Shown here: piece by piece, positions 9,402-19,667 of the stretch
How the letters are laid out: each line of letters starts with the position of its first letter
Numbering within the stretch: position 1 is the first letter of the stretch
Assembly: GCA_048571215.1 (NCBI GenBank)
Contig: CP182352.1
Coordinates: forward strand, 896,001 to 960,000
DNA: 64,000 nucleotides
Origin: Halarcobacter sp.
GTDB lineage: Bacteria; Campylobacterota; Campylobacteria; Campylobacterales; Arcobacteraceae
Direction of reading: 5' to 3'
Notes under the pieces: model-generated
The model's input: only the letters and a program-made list of their open reading frames with translations
Database searches by the model: none
What the model was told of the DNA's origin: nothing
Made by a program: the position numbers and the translations under genes

Positions 9402-10178
9402 ATGAAAATTAAGCATATAAATTTTGGATGGCTTCATGCCCCGCCATTTCCACCTGCATGTTGTCACTGTCTTATGATAACAGATGGTGATCGTGTTGTT
9501 TTAGTTGATTCTGGAATTGGGCTTAAGGATATAGAAGATCCGGTCAATCGTATTGGTCAGGAGGCTATTGATGATGCAGGTTTCAAATTTCTACCGGAAG
9601 TAACAGCAGTGAAACAACTAGAAAACCTTGGCTACAAACCAGAATCAGTAACAGATATTATACTAACACACTGTGATCACGACCATGTAGGTGGTCTTTC
9701 TGATTTTCCCAAAGCACAAGTTCATCTCTCTACAGAGGAGTTAGATAATTTAAGAGCTGAAAATCCACGATATAATTCTGCTCAGTTTTTGCATGGACCA
9801 AGATGGAAAGAGTATGCTAAAAATGACGCATATGTTTTGGGATTACCTTCGCGTATTGTATCCACTTCAATCAATGCAGAGATTCATTTGGTTCCATTAT
9901 TTGGACACACTTTAGGGCATTGTGGTGTTGCAATCAAAACAGTTGATAGCTGGTTACTTCATGTGGGAGATGCATATTATCTTCGACTAGAACTATCTGA
10001 CTCTACTAATCCTGTTAATGAGTTGGCATCTATGCGTGCGGATGATGATGAATTACGAAAAAAATCACTAACCATATTGCGTTCTTTGGATGATAACAAT
10101 CCTTTATTAAATATGGTGGGCTACCATGATATCACAGAGTTACCGGATGATATTCCTTTGTTGTCTGACTTGACATAA
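9402..10178 (+). CDS. MBL-fold metallo-hydrolase, probably cassette-derived
   Basis: THCDHDHVGG, GHTLGH, GDA and terminal His motifs. Confidence 0.9.
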   Translation: MKIKHINFGWLHAPPFPPACCHCLMITDGDRVVLVDSGIGLKDIEDPVNRIGQEAIDDAGFKFLPEVTAVKQLENLGYKPESVTDIILTHCDHDHVGGLSDFPKAQVHLSTEELDNLRAENPRYNSAQFLHGPRWKEYAKNDAYVLGLPSRIVSTSINAEIHLVPLFGHTLGHCGVAIKTVDSWLLHVGDAYYLRLELSDSTNPVNELASMRADDDELRKKSLTILRSLDDNNPLLNMVGYHDITELPDDIPLLSDLT

Positions 10179-10232
10179 GGTATTGTTTAAAAGGGGATAG
10201 GTTGACGCCTACCTCTTAGCATAGTGTTAGAA
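10173..10232 (+). repeat. Degenerate attC-like site
   Basis: ACATAAG at the stop ... AAGGGGATAGG/CCTACCTCTT hairpin ... GTGTTAGAA. Confidence 0.4.
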
Positions 10233-10294
10233 GATAAAATGAAAGTGCACCCAAAGAATGAATCTTCACTTTTTGTATAGTAAAGAAAAGTTGT

Positions 10295-11818
10295 TTATAA
10301 AATACTCTTTGGAACTACTCTTCTAATTTTTACTTTGACTCTTTTTACCAAATCTACTTTACTATCTGGGTTCCATTTTAGAGATATTTTCCAAGCATTT
10401 TCTTCTTTCATCTCTTCTGAGATTCCAGCTTTAATCTCTTTTGCTATTTTTTCAGAAGGGATAATTACAAAATTTTCTGTGTTTAGGTTTGCACTTTTTG
10501 GATCGATATTATATGTTCCAATCACACTTATTTCATCGTCAACAACCATTGATTTTGCATGTAATCCAAATATTGGAGCTTTTTTTAGTTGGTCTTGCAT
10601 TACTTCTGACATGATTTTTTGTCTTATTTTTGCATCAGGTTTAAACTCATATATTTCAATTCCTGTTTTAAGTAGCTCTTCTCTATCCCTTTGGTAGCCA
10701 TTGAAGGCTTCAAGGTTATCTGTAGAGGCTAAGCTATTAGTCAAGATTTTTATTTTAATTCCTTTTTGTGTAAGAGCTTTTAATATTTTTCTTGTCTTTT
10801 TAGTAGTTATTAAATAGGGACTTTGAATATACACAGATTTTTTACTTGATTTTAATAATGAAATAAGTCTATCTGTAGATACTCCTCCCCCTGCTAAAAA
10901 TTTATTTGCAGTATTTTTCCCTGGAATATCTGATATATACTCAACATTGTCAAGCCATTGTATTTTTTTCTCTTCTTGGATTTCTTTAATAGCTTTAGGA
11001 ATATCGTTTATTTTTTTTCTAACAGAGGGGACAAAATTTTTTGGATTGCAAGCATATTCATTAAGTTTTGTAAAAATTGGTGTTTTAGTTTGGGTATTTT
11101 TACTTTTTATTAAATCTTCCACATTTACACTTAAACTATTTTGCCAAAACTCATTAAAAGAGTCTTGTATTTTTTTTGTAATGCCTCCTACTAATAAAAC
11201 ATCTCTATCACGAAAATTATATTTGTGGTCATATCCAAAATACTCATCTGCAATATTTCTTCCTCCTGTAATTGAAACTTTACCATCAACTGTAAATGTT
11301 TTATTATGCATCCTCTGGTTTAGTTTATGAAAATCTGTACTTAGATTTATGATTTTATCAAAGATGTTTTTACCAATATTTGCCATGGGGTTATAGATTT
11401 TTATCTCAATATTTTTATGGGATGCTATTTTTAATAAGTCTTCACCACTAGCTTCAACCATAATATCATCTACAAGTACTCTAACCTTTACTCCTCTATT
11501 TGCTGCTTGGATTAAATAGTTTGTAGCTATTAAACCTATATTGTCAGTTGAAAAAATAAAATACTGTACATCAATAGTTTTTTGTGCTTTTTTTGCAAGC
11601 CATGCACGAGATAACATTGCTTCAATTCCCTGTTCTAATACATATACACCAGTTTTGTTTTTCATTTTATTTTCTACATCTTTTAGATAATAAGATAACA
11701 TTAAATCATCTTTCTTTGAAGTACAATTATCTATTGTGGAAGCAAATAAATTATTATTAAAAATAAAAAATGTAAGTATGATTATATATAGTTTGATTAG
11801 TTTAGTAAAAGTTTGCAA
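10295..11818 (-). CDS. Phospholipase D family protein (ClsC-like)
   Basis: Two HxKxxxxD motifs (HNKTFTVD, HAKSMVVD) and a signal peptide. Confidence 0.92.
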   Translation of the reverse strand: MQTFTKLIKLYIIILTFFIFNNNLFASTIDNCTSKKDDLMLSYYLKDVENKMKNKTGVYVLEQGIEAMLSRAWLAKKAQKTIDVQYFIFSTDNIGLIATNYLIQAANRGVKVRVLVDDIMVEASGEDLLKIASHKNIEIKIYNPMANIGKNIFDKIINLSTDFHKLNQRMHNKTFTVDGKVSITGGRNIADEYFGYDHKYNFRDRDVLLVGGITKKIQDSFNEFWQNSLSVNVEDLIKSKNTQTKTPIFTKLNEYACNPKNFVPSVRKKINDIPKAIKEIQEEKKIQWLDNVEYISDIPGKNTANKFLAGGGVSTDRLISLLKSSKKSVYIQSPYLITTKKTRKILKALTQKGIKIKILTNSLASTDNLEAFNGYQRDREELLKTGIEIYEFKPDAKIRQKIMSEVMQDQLKKAPIFGLHAKSMVVDDEISVIGTYNIDPKSANLNTENFVIIPSEKIAKEIKAGISEEMKEENAWKISLKWNPDSKVDLVKRVKVKIRRVVPKSIL

Positions 11819-11857
11819 TAGTTAGTCCTTTTTTTGATTATACTTTTATTTTAATTA

Positions 11858-12301
11858 TTAGGCCTTGATACGCTCTTGTGAAATCTCATTTATTAATATT
11901 GGACTAGAAAAATCTGTTTGTTTATCTAAAGCTAAAGGAATTAGCCATTTAAGATTTGGGATAATATTATCAGGTAAATTATTGATTTTTACAATAACAA
12001 CTTCTTCTTTTTCAACTGTTTTAACTTGATAAGCAAGATCAGAATAAGCACAATATACATCTAAATCATAATAATTAGCACGATGAATTTTTGCATAACA
12101 AAGCCATTTATCACTTTTGATTGTAACACCTGTTTCTTCTTTAAACTCTCTAACCATAGCATCACAGGATAATTCATTTTCCTCTATTTTACCACCCACT
12201 CCATTCAATAAACCTCTTTGCCATTTTGGATTGATTTTTTTTATTAAAACTACTTGTTTCTTATCTTTTGAAAATAAAAAACCAGTTACATATTTTTTCA
12301 T
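11858..12301 (-). CDS. NUDIX hydrolase
   Basis: GGKIEENE...AMVREFKEETG Nudix box. Confidence 0.92.
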   Translation of the reverse strand: MKKYVTGFLFSKDKKQVVLIKKINPKWQRGLLNGVGGKIEENELSCDAMVREFKEETGVTIKSDKWLCYAKIHRANYYDLDVYCAYSDLAYQVKTVEKEEVVIVKINNLPDNIIPNLKWLIPLALDKQTDFSSPILINEISQERIKA

Positions 12302-12855
12302 ATTTTCACCTTCATATTATTTAGATATTGTTCTTTACTTATATTGTAGTACCAAGAAGTAACTTTTTTATTATTTAATAAATTTAATAACTTTTCTTTC
12401 TTAAACTTATAATAGAATCCACACTTTTCATTTACTCTTTTTGATTTTTCATTTTCTTCAAAGTGACTACACCAGATTAAATCAAGATTCATCTTTTTAA
12501 ATCCAATCTCTAATAAGCCATTTACAGCCTCAGGGATATATCCATTTCCCCAATAATCTGGATTTAGAGCAAATCCAATTTCTTTTTGATTTAATTTAAT
12601 ACAATTTTCATCAGATAAGCATAGATGAAGACCAATTGTACCAATAACTTTATTTTCAGATTTTAAAACTATAGCCAAAACATCATCATCTTTTATAAAC
12701 ATTTCTATGATTTTTTTACTATCATTTTCTGATTTATGAACAGGCCAACCAGCATTTGGTCCAACTAATTTATTTTTTCCATACTCATATAAATCTTTAT
12801 AATCACTAGTTACCCAATTTCTAAGGAGTAATCTTTTTGTTTCAATTTCTATCAT
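12298..12855 (-). CDS. GNAT N-acetyltransferase (RimJ/RimL type)
   Basis: IETKRLLLR, EIGFAL.PDYWGNGY, N.KS.RV.EKCGF. Confidence 0.92.
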   Translation of the reverse strand: MIEIETKRLLLRNWVTSDYKDLYEYGKNKLVGPNAGWPVHKSENDSKKIIEMFIKDDDVLAIVLKSENKVIGTIGLHLCLSDENCIKLNQKEIGFALNPDYWGNGYIPEAVNGLLEIGFKKMNLDLIWCSHFEENEKSKRVNEKCGFYYKFKKEKLLNLLNNKKVTSWYYNISKEQYLNNMKVKI

Positions 12856-13172
12856 ATTTTTCCCAAGATTTATTTTTAGTTTCTTTTAATTTTTTATGCA
12901 TTTTGAATTTTGACTTTGTTTATTAAAAAAATATTTTATCAATATCTAGCAATTGATTATATTAAAAGAATAATATATAATAAGAAATTATATAAAAAGG
13001 CAATCAATGAAATTAAAAGCTTTAGTAGAGAATTATAATGCCAAAAGGAATTGATAAAGAGGATTTGGATATTGTACATCAATTAGCACTTGATGTAGTA
13101 AATGCTACAATGCAAAATGACGATAATTTATATATTTCAAACAAAAAATAGGGAAGTTGAAATTGTTATTAT

Positions 13173-13523
13173 ATGAAAGGAAAAGTCATGAAATCAATTT
13201 ATACTGATGAATTGATCTCTATTACGGATGATGATATCACATTTTTTAATTATTATTTTCCAACATCTAAGAAAAAGGTAATTAAGATTTCAGATATCAA
13301 GAATATTACTCTTCTTAAGCCCACACTCAAAAATGGAAAGTGGCGAATTCATGGAACTGGTAATTTTAAAGTATGGTTTCCAAAGGATATTAATCGACCA
13401 AGGCGAGATAGAATTTTTAGAATCGCTTTAAAAAATCAATGGGTTGATATTGGATTTACGGTAGAAAATGCAGATTTAGTAGAAGAGATATTAAATTCAA
13501 AAAATCTGATTAAAAAAGATTAA
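13173..13523 (+). CDS. Hypothetical protein
   Basis: 116-aa ORF; a more likely start is the second Met after AAGGA. Confidence 0.7.
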   Translation: MKGKVMKSIYTDELISITDDDITFFNYYFPTSKKKVIKISDIKNITLLKPTLKNGKWRIHGTGNFKVWFPKDINRPRRDRIFRIALKNQWVDIGFTVENADLVEEILNSKNLIKKD

Positions 13524-13551
13524 ATAATGGATAAAAATTTAAAGGATAGTT

Positions 13552-13902
13552 TTGAACGAAAATATAATCTATGTATTTATTGCATTAGCAGTTTTTATAG
13601 CTTATAAAAAGTATAGTCAATATAAAGTATTAAAACTTGTTCCATCTTTACTTTTAGAAGGTGGTCAAATTGTTGATGTTAGAAGTGTAGAGGAATTTGT
13701 CCCAGCTCATAAAGATGGAAGTATTAACATCCCCTTAGAGTCACTTAAAAATAAAATGAAAGAGTTAGACAATACTAAGCCTATAATTCTTTGTTGTGCC
13801 AGTGGTAGTAGAAGTGTATTGGCAAAGCGTATTTTATTGGCAAATGGATTTGAAAATGTTCATGATGCAGGAACTTGGAAATCTCTTTTAAAGTTTCAAT
13901 AA
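13552..13902 (+). CDS. Membrane-anchored rhodanese-like protein
   Basis: VDVRS.EEF...H..GSINIPL and CCASGSRS. Confidence 0.92.
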   Translation: MNENIIYVFIALAVFIAYKKYSQYKVLKLVPSLLLEGGQIVDVRSVEEFVPAHKDGSINIPLESLKNKMKELDNTKPIILCCASGSRSVLAKRILLANGFENVHDAGTWKSLLKFQ

Positions 13903-14249
13903 TGAAAATATCTTATCATCGTAGACGTAAAATCAAAACTAGAAGAATAGCCTTAAGGGATTTGATTTTACGAGGTATTAAAGAGCCAAAGGATTTAGCA
14001 AAAGAGTTGAATGTTACAGTTCCTACTATAAAAAGAGATTTGGAAGCACTTAAAACTATGAGTGAAGAAGATTTCACTTTTCAAACTAGACAAAGCTCTC
14101 AAGAGATACTTGATAAAAAAGATACTATATTAAAAATGTTGGATGATGAAGAGTATTATACTGAAAATGGTGATATAAATATATCAAAAATAACAACAGA
14201 ACTAAATACTTCTAGATCAACAGTTATGTCTGTTTTAAATGGTGAATAA
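13902..14249 (+). CDS. HTH-domain protein
   Basis: LAKELNVTVPTIKRDL and a second HTH-like ITTELNTSRSTV; TAATG coupling to the rhodanese gene. Confidence 0.8.
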   Translation: MKISYHRRRKIKTRRIALRDLILRGIKEPKDLAKELNVTVPTIKRDLEALKTMSEEDFTFQTRQSSQEILDKKDTILKMLDDEEYYTENGDINISKITTELNTSRSTVMSVLNGE

Positions 14250-14254
14250 GCTTA

Positions 14255-14814
14255 ATGAATATAGTTTTAGTTTCAGATGTATTTGGCAAAACACCTGCTT
14301 TAGTAAAGTTAGGTGAAGAGCTAATACTACTGTTATCGTCGATCCATATGATGGCAAAAACATGGACTTTAAAAATGAAGCAGAAGCATATTCTTATTTT
14401 ATAAATAAGGTAGGACTTGATAAGTATTTGTCTAAATTATTGGAAGTAATTCCATCTATCTCTTTAGATACTATCTTGATTGGCTTTAGTGTCGGGGCTT
14501 CTGTGATTTGGAATTTATCTGCAAATCCATTAGTTAAGAGTATTAGTTGTGGAATTTGTTATTATGGCTCTCAAATTAGAAATTTTAAAGAGGTAAATCC
14601 TTTATTTGAAGTTGAGTTAATCTTCCCTAAAATGGAGACTCATTTTGATGTATTACAACTTCAATCTGAATTATCTAAAAAAGAAAATGTAAAAACTTCA
14701 AAAGTAGGCTACTTACATGGGTTTATGAATTTTTATTCAAGTAATTATAATAAAGTAGCCTATTGGGAGCAATTAAATTACTTGCGCTTAAAATTTCTTT
14801 TACCTTTTTATTAG
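14255..14814 (+). pseudogene. Dienelactone-hydrolase-like gene with a frameshift near 14323
   Basis: MNIVLVSDVFGKTPALVKLGEEL then, after a frame change, TTVIVDPYDGKNMDF...; GFSVG nucleophile and HGFMN motifs. Confidence 0.75.
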
Positions 14815-14850
14815 AGTTTTTTCATATAATGTATATTTTATAGGTATTAT

Positions 14851-15147
14851 TTGGAGGTTTTTGTGATTTTTTATGAAAAAAACAATGAATTAGATTTGGA
14901 TATAGGAAATAAGCATATTGTACTTCAACGTCGTTATGAAGCAATAGGGGCTATAAATGATTTGTTTATTGCAATTTGGTTTTTAGTTGGGAGTATTTTC
15001 TTTTTGTATGATTCTCTTCTGCACGATGGAACTTGGTTATTTATTATTGGAAGTGCACAGTTTTTAATAAAACCTTTGATTAAAATAGTTAGTTTGATTC
15101 ATGTATCAAGAATATACAAAGAGGAACAAGAGGCTTATAAAAGTTAA
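14851..15147 (+). CDS. YrhK-family membrane protein
   Basis: RRYE....NDLFIAIWFLVGSIFF...GTWLFIIGSAQ. Confidence 0.85.
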   Translation: MEVFVIFYEKNNELDLDIGNKHIVLQRRYEAIGAINDLFIAIWFLVGSIFFLYDSLLHDGTWLFIIGSAQFLIKPLIKIVSLIHVSRIYKEEQEAYKS

Positions 15148-15157
15148 ATACTAAAAC

Positions 15158-16654
15158 CTATATTGGTAAAATTATAAAAAATTTTGCACCTATATAAGTT
15201 TTATTATTAAAGTCTATATTTTCATTTTTTACAAGTATCTCCCCTGAAAAATGTTCATGAATGATTTTTGAACTCATATATAATCCTATTCCTGTACCTT
15301 GACTTTTGTGTTTTGTAGTAAAGTATGGGTCAAATATTTTATCAATAATTTCATCTTTAACACCACCTGCATTATCTTGTATTGTAATAGTTATTTGGCT
15401 ATTTTCTTTTAAAAATCTTATTTCTATTACTTTTTCTTCTATGTGGTTTTCATTTAATATATCTTTTGAATTGTTAAGAATATTTATAAAAACTTGACTT
15501 AATTCATTCATTACACCATCTATTAATAAATCATCATCAGAATGTACTATGTTTAGCGTAATATAATTATTTCTTAAAGATGCTAAGACTATATCAAGAG
15601 CTTTATTTAAAGAAGTCTCAATATTAAAATACTCTTTTTTATTACTATCATCTCTTATGTAATCTCTAAAATCATCAATTGTATTACTTAAATAGTTTGC
15701 ATATTTTATTACACTATCTGAGATTTCTTCTATCTCATTTTCTTCTATAAGGTTTAATTCTTTTCTTAGTCTTAAGCTACTCATTTGAACAGTAATAGAG
15801 TTTAAAGGTTGTCTCCATTGATGAGCAATATTATTAAGCATCTCACCAATTATAGCCATTCTTGATTGATGTTTAAGAAGAATATCTTGTTCGTGGTTTT
15901 TTTCTATTTGAGATTTTAACTTATCAAATAACTTTTTTTCTTTTTTATTTAAATGTTTTAAATCTACTATATTTTTTTCTATATTTTTTGCCATAAGATT
16001 AAAAGATTCTTGCAATTCAAAAGTTTCTTTGCTATCCCCTAAATCTATTCTTTGAGAATAGTCTCCATGGGCAATTGCATTTGCACTATGGGTTAATTTA
16101 ACTAAGTTTTTAATAATCCATTTACTTACAGTTATAAGTAAAATTGCTGACAAAATTAATTCCATTAATGCAATAATAATACTTCGAGTGATCATCTCTT
16201 TTTTTGCTTGTATATAAAATTTTGTGGAAAGACCCAAATAGACTTTACCTAAGGATTGTGAAAATAAGACTATAGGAATATTTGTATCAAATCTTGCATC
16301 TTTAAGTGATTTTTTACTAAAAGGGTTTACCTCTTTTTGTGGTAAATTTGAACAATCATTCCATCCAATAGTAGAGATACAATTATTTTGATTATCAACA
16401 ACTACCAAATAATCAATTGTAGAGATTTTTTTAGTCTCTTTCAAGATTGCATTAATTGTTGCATAATCCATTTGAACAAGAGGGGCTACTAAGGAACTTT
16501 TTAATAATATCTTCTGCTCGTTTAGTCTTATATTGGTTTGAGTAGATAGGTTTTCCTCTAGTTGTTCCACATTTTTTATTACCATTAGTGTGAGCATTAG
16601 ACTCTCAATTAATAAACTAGCAATTACCCACTTCCAAGATAAAGATAATCTCAT
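15158..16654 (-). CDS. HAMP-domain sensor histidine kinase
   Basis: IAHQWRQPL H-box, DNAGG and GTGIGLY. Confidence 0.95.
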   Translation of the reverse strand: MRLSLSWKWVIASLLIESLMLTLMVIKNVEQLEENLSTQTNIRLNEQKILLKSSLVAPLVQMDYATINAILKETKKISTIDYLVVVDNQNNCISTIGWNDCSNLPQKEVNPFSKKSLKDARFDTNIPIVLFSQSLGKVYLGLSTKFYIQAKKEMITRSIIIALMELILSAILLITVSKWIIKNLVKLTHSANAIAHGDYSQRIDLGDSKETFELQESFNLMAKNIEKNIVDLKHLNKKEKKLFDKLKSQIEKNHEQDILLKHQSRMAIIGEMLNNIAHQWRQPLNSITVQMSSLRLRKELNLIEENEIEEISDSVIKYANYLSNTIDDFRDYIRDDSNKKEYFNIETSLNKALDIVLASLRNNYITLNIVHSDDDLLIDGVMNELSQVFINILNNSKDILNENHIEEKVIEIRFLKENSQITITIQDNAGGVKDEIIDKIFDPYFTTKHKSQGTGIGLYMSSKIIHEHFSGEILVKNENIDFNNKTYIGAKFFIILPI

Positions 16655-17488
16655 TTATTTATATAACCTTTTCATAGTTTTATCTACCATTGGGTCAAGA
16701 TCATCTAAATCTTTTTCTTCTATTTTTTTAAATCCTTCTAGTTTTGTAATCTCTAAATGTCTTTTGCCTTCTAAAGATTTTGAAAATGCATCTAATGCTG
16801 TTTCCCAATCTTCTAAAGTGATATCATTTATATCTTTTGCAAGATATATTCTACTTGGTTTTGGCTCGCTTTGATATATTACATGTACTAAGTCTTTATT
16901 TTTTTTTGTTATAAGTTTTATATAATTTGGTAAAGACATAATTATCATATCTGCATTATTGTTTAAAAGTATTGATATGGAACTATCTGTTGCACTTGTA
17001 TAGGTATATTTTATTTTTTCTCCATCTTCAAAGCCTTTTTTTGCTAACCAATCTTGTGCATCCAATGTTGGGAAAGAGACAGGATCTAAACCAATTACAT
17101 GAAATGGAGTCTCTTTGCTTTTTAAAATATTTTTATCGGTTGCTAAAAGAATAGTTGAAAGACCTTTTTTGTAAGTCATTATAGGTGTATAGCCGCCAAG
17201 CTTTTGAGAAAGAACTGCTAAATTAGGTGAAGTCAAAATCAAATCATAATAAGTTCCCATATTAGAACGTTTAGTAAATTCACTAAAGTTCTTTGCTGTT
17301 AAAATATGAACAGGTCTTTTAAAATAGTTTTCCAAAAAAAGTTTCAAATCTTGGTGGGATTGTAAAATAACTCTAGTTGATGAGTGTGGGGCAATACCAA
17401 TTTTGATTGAATTATCTTTGGCATGACAAAGGTTTAATATAAAAAAGATTGATAGAAGCAATAGTTTTAGTTTCATGTTATTATTCAC
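16655..17488 (-). CDS. PhnD/SsuA-type periplasmic substrate-binding protein
   Basis: Signal peptide and IKIGIAP...L..FLE...RPV pattern; abuts the kinase gene. Confidence 0.75.
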   Translation of the reverse strand: MNNNMKLKLLLLSIFFILNLCHAKDNSIKIGIAPHSSTRVILQSHQDLKLFLENYFKRPVHILTAKNFSEFTKRSNMGTYYDLILTSPNLAVLSQKLGGYTPIMTYKKGLSTILLATDKNILKSKETPFHVIGLDPVSFPTLDAQDWLAKKGFEDGEKIKYTYTSATDSSISILLNNNADMIIMSLPNYIKLITKKNKDLVHVIYQSEPKPSRIYLAKDINDITLEDWETALDAFSKSLEGKRHLEITKLEGFKKIEEKDLDDLDPMVDKTMKRLYK

Positions 17489-17752
17489 TTATAAAATATA
17501 ATATTATTATAACAAAAGATATTGATATATTAATTAATCAATTCTTTGAAAAATAAATTTTTATGTGTGTAATATAGTGTATTATCTATTTATATTGATT
17601 ATTTTTTAACTTTTTTAAAATTATAGCATATATATTAAAAATATAATTATTAGTTATTAAGTGGAGTTTTCATATAATAAATATTTTAAATTAATTATTT
17701 AGAATAAGGATAAAAACTGAAAATAGATTCATATAATATTATCTCTGCTTTA

Positions 17753-18115
17753 TTGGCATTTTTTATCTGGGGTATGTGGACTTATTTTATTAATATTAAT
17801 GCTACTAACACACTAACATCAGTTTTAACTCAAGGACTTTATAGCGCAATAATGACTCTTTGTATGGTATGTATTATTGATTATTTTTATAATCTTTTAC
17901 CTAAGAAAAAAATATATTTTATATTGCCCTCTGTTTTTACTGTTTTTATTACAAGTGGAATTATTATAGTTCTACATTATTTTATTCATACTTATGATAT
18001 TTTTAACACTGTGTTTCCAACAGTTATAGTTGCATTTTTATTTTCATTATACACAACAAAAAAAATTAAAGAAGGAAGAGCAAAATGTCTCATGAAGAAT
18101 CAAGAAGACCTTTAA
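17753..18115 (+). CDS. Hypothetical membrane protein
   Basis: Hydrophobic ORF overlapping the next gene; start uncertain. Confidence 0.65.
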   Translation: MAFFIWGMWTYFININATNTLTSVLTQGLYSAIMTLCMVCIIDYFYNLLPKKKIYFILPSVFTVFITSGIIIVLHYFIHTYDIFNTVFPTVIVAFLFSLYTTKKIKEGRAKCLMKNQEDL

Positions 18116-18732
18116 AAGTAAGAAGTACTGCTTGGTCAAAAAATATTGCAAGTTTTTTAAGTAAACAGAATATAACACCAAATCAAATATCACTAGCTAG
18201 TATATTTTTCTCAATTTTAGCATCGATTTGTATTTTATTAATTACCAAAAGTGAAACAAATACAAATATTTGGGTTTGGTCTATTTTATCGGCAGTATTT
18301 ATTCAAATGAGACTTTTATGTAACTTATTTGATGGTATGGTAGCTTTAGAAGGTGGTAAAAGTACAAAATCAGGTGAACTTTATAATGATATCCCTGATA
18401 GGGTATCAGATAGCATTTTATTTATTGCATTAGGATATAGTACTTCATATATAGAAATTGGTTATCTAGCATCTCTTTTTGCTATGATGACAGCTTATGT
18501 AAGGGTTTTGGGAGCTAGTATGAATGCTGGTTCTATTTTTATAGGTCCAATGGCAAAACAACATAGAATGGCTATTTTAACTATTTGTTCATTGATTACT
18601 CCTCTTGAAAATATGTTTATCGAGCACTCATATTATGTTTTATCTTTTGCTCTTTTTATTATTATGCTTGGCTCAGTATTAACTGTTGTAAATAGAGCAT
18701 ATAATATTTATAAAATTTTAGAGGCTAAATAA
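18085..18732 (+). CDS. CDP-alcohol phosphatidyltransferase
   Basis: DGMVA...G.LYND.PDR.SD signature. Confidence 0.92.
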   Translation: MSHEESRRPLKVRSTAWSKNIASFLSKQNITPNQISLASIFFSILASICILLITKSETNTNIWVWSILSAVFIQMRLLCNLFDGMVALEGGKSTKSGELYNDIPDRVSDSILFIALGYSTSYIEIGYLASLFAMMTAYVRVLGASMNAGSIFIGPMAKQHRMAILTICSLITPLENMFIEHSYYVLSFALFIIMLGSVLTVVNRAYNIYKILEAK

Positions 18733-18733
18733 A

Positions 18734-19666
18734 ATGTTTAATATAGCTCAAAATTCTCTTTATGCAATGATTGGTGTTATAGTTTTACTTGTATTATCAA
18801 CTTTAATATATATTTATAAAAGTTCAAAAAATAAGAAAAAAGATTTTACAGAACTAAAACTTCGTATACAATCATGGTGGTGGATGATAGGTATTATTTT
18901 TATTTCACTTAGTATTAGTAGAAATACTGCAATTGTATTTTTTGCATTTTTATCATTCTTAGCGTTAAAAGAATTTTTATCAATAGTTTCAATTAGACAT
19001 GTTGATAGAAGAGCAATATTTTGGGCATATTTAGCTATCCCTTTTCAATATTATTGGGTTAATTTGGAGTGGTATGGCATGTTTATTATTTTTATTCCAA
19101 TTTATTTATTTTTATTTTTGCCTATAAGACTTGTACTAATTGGTGAAACTGATGGTTTTATTCGTTCTGCAAGTATAATACATTGGTCTGCAATGCTTTG
19201 TGTTTTTAGTGTTAGTCATATTGCATATTTAATAGTATTGCCCTCACAAAATAATTTAGCTGGTCCAATTGGAGTTGTATTGTTTTTATTATTTATGACA
19301 CAGTTTAATGATGTTTCACAATATGTTTTTGGAAAAATGTTTGGTAAACATAAAATTATTCCTAAAGTTAGTCCAAATAAAACTTGGGAAGGTTTTCTTG
19401 GTGGTTTTTTTACTATTACTATTATTTCTGGCTTTGTTGCACCTCTTCTTACACCTCTTGATATGATATATGGTTTTATAGCAGGGATGATTATTTCAGT
19501 TGGTGGTTTTTTTGGTGATGTAGTTGTTTCAAGTATAAAACGAGATATAAAAATCAAAGATACGGGGACTCTGATACCTGGACATGGAGGTATCTTAGAT
19601 AGATTAGATAGTTTACTTTATACTGCACCTTTATTTTTTCATTTCATGTATTATGTGAGGTACTAA
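18734..19666 (+). CDS. Phosphatidate cytidylyltransferase (YnbB-like)
   Basis: SPNKTWEG and KD.G.LIPGHGGILDRLDS. Confidence 0.94.
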   Translation: MFNIAQNSLYAMIGVIVLLVLSTLIYIYKSSKNKKKDFTELKLRIQSWWWMIGIIFISLSISRNTAIVFFAFLSFLALKEFLSIVSIRHVDRRAIFWAYLAIPFQYYWVNLEWYGMFIIFIPIYLFLFLPIRLVLIGETDGFIRSASIIHWSAMLCVFSVSHIAYLIVLPSQNNLAGPIGVVLFLLFMTQFNDVSQYVFGKMFGKHKIIPKVSPNKTWEGFLGGFFTITIISGFVAPLLTPLDMIYGFIAGMIISVGGFFGDVVVSSIKRDIKIKDTGTLIPGHGGILDRLDSLLYTAPLFFHFMYYVRY

Positions 19667-19667
19667 G

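Noticed and set aside
9402..10178. MBL gene as a carbapenemase or AHL lactonase
   Set aside because: No signal peptide, and the motifs support only a generic MBL-fold hydrolase; substrate cannot be assigned.
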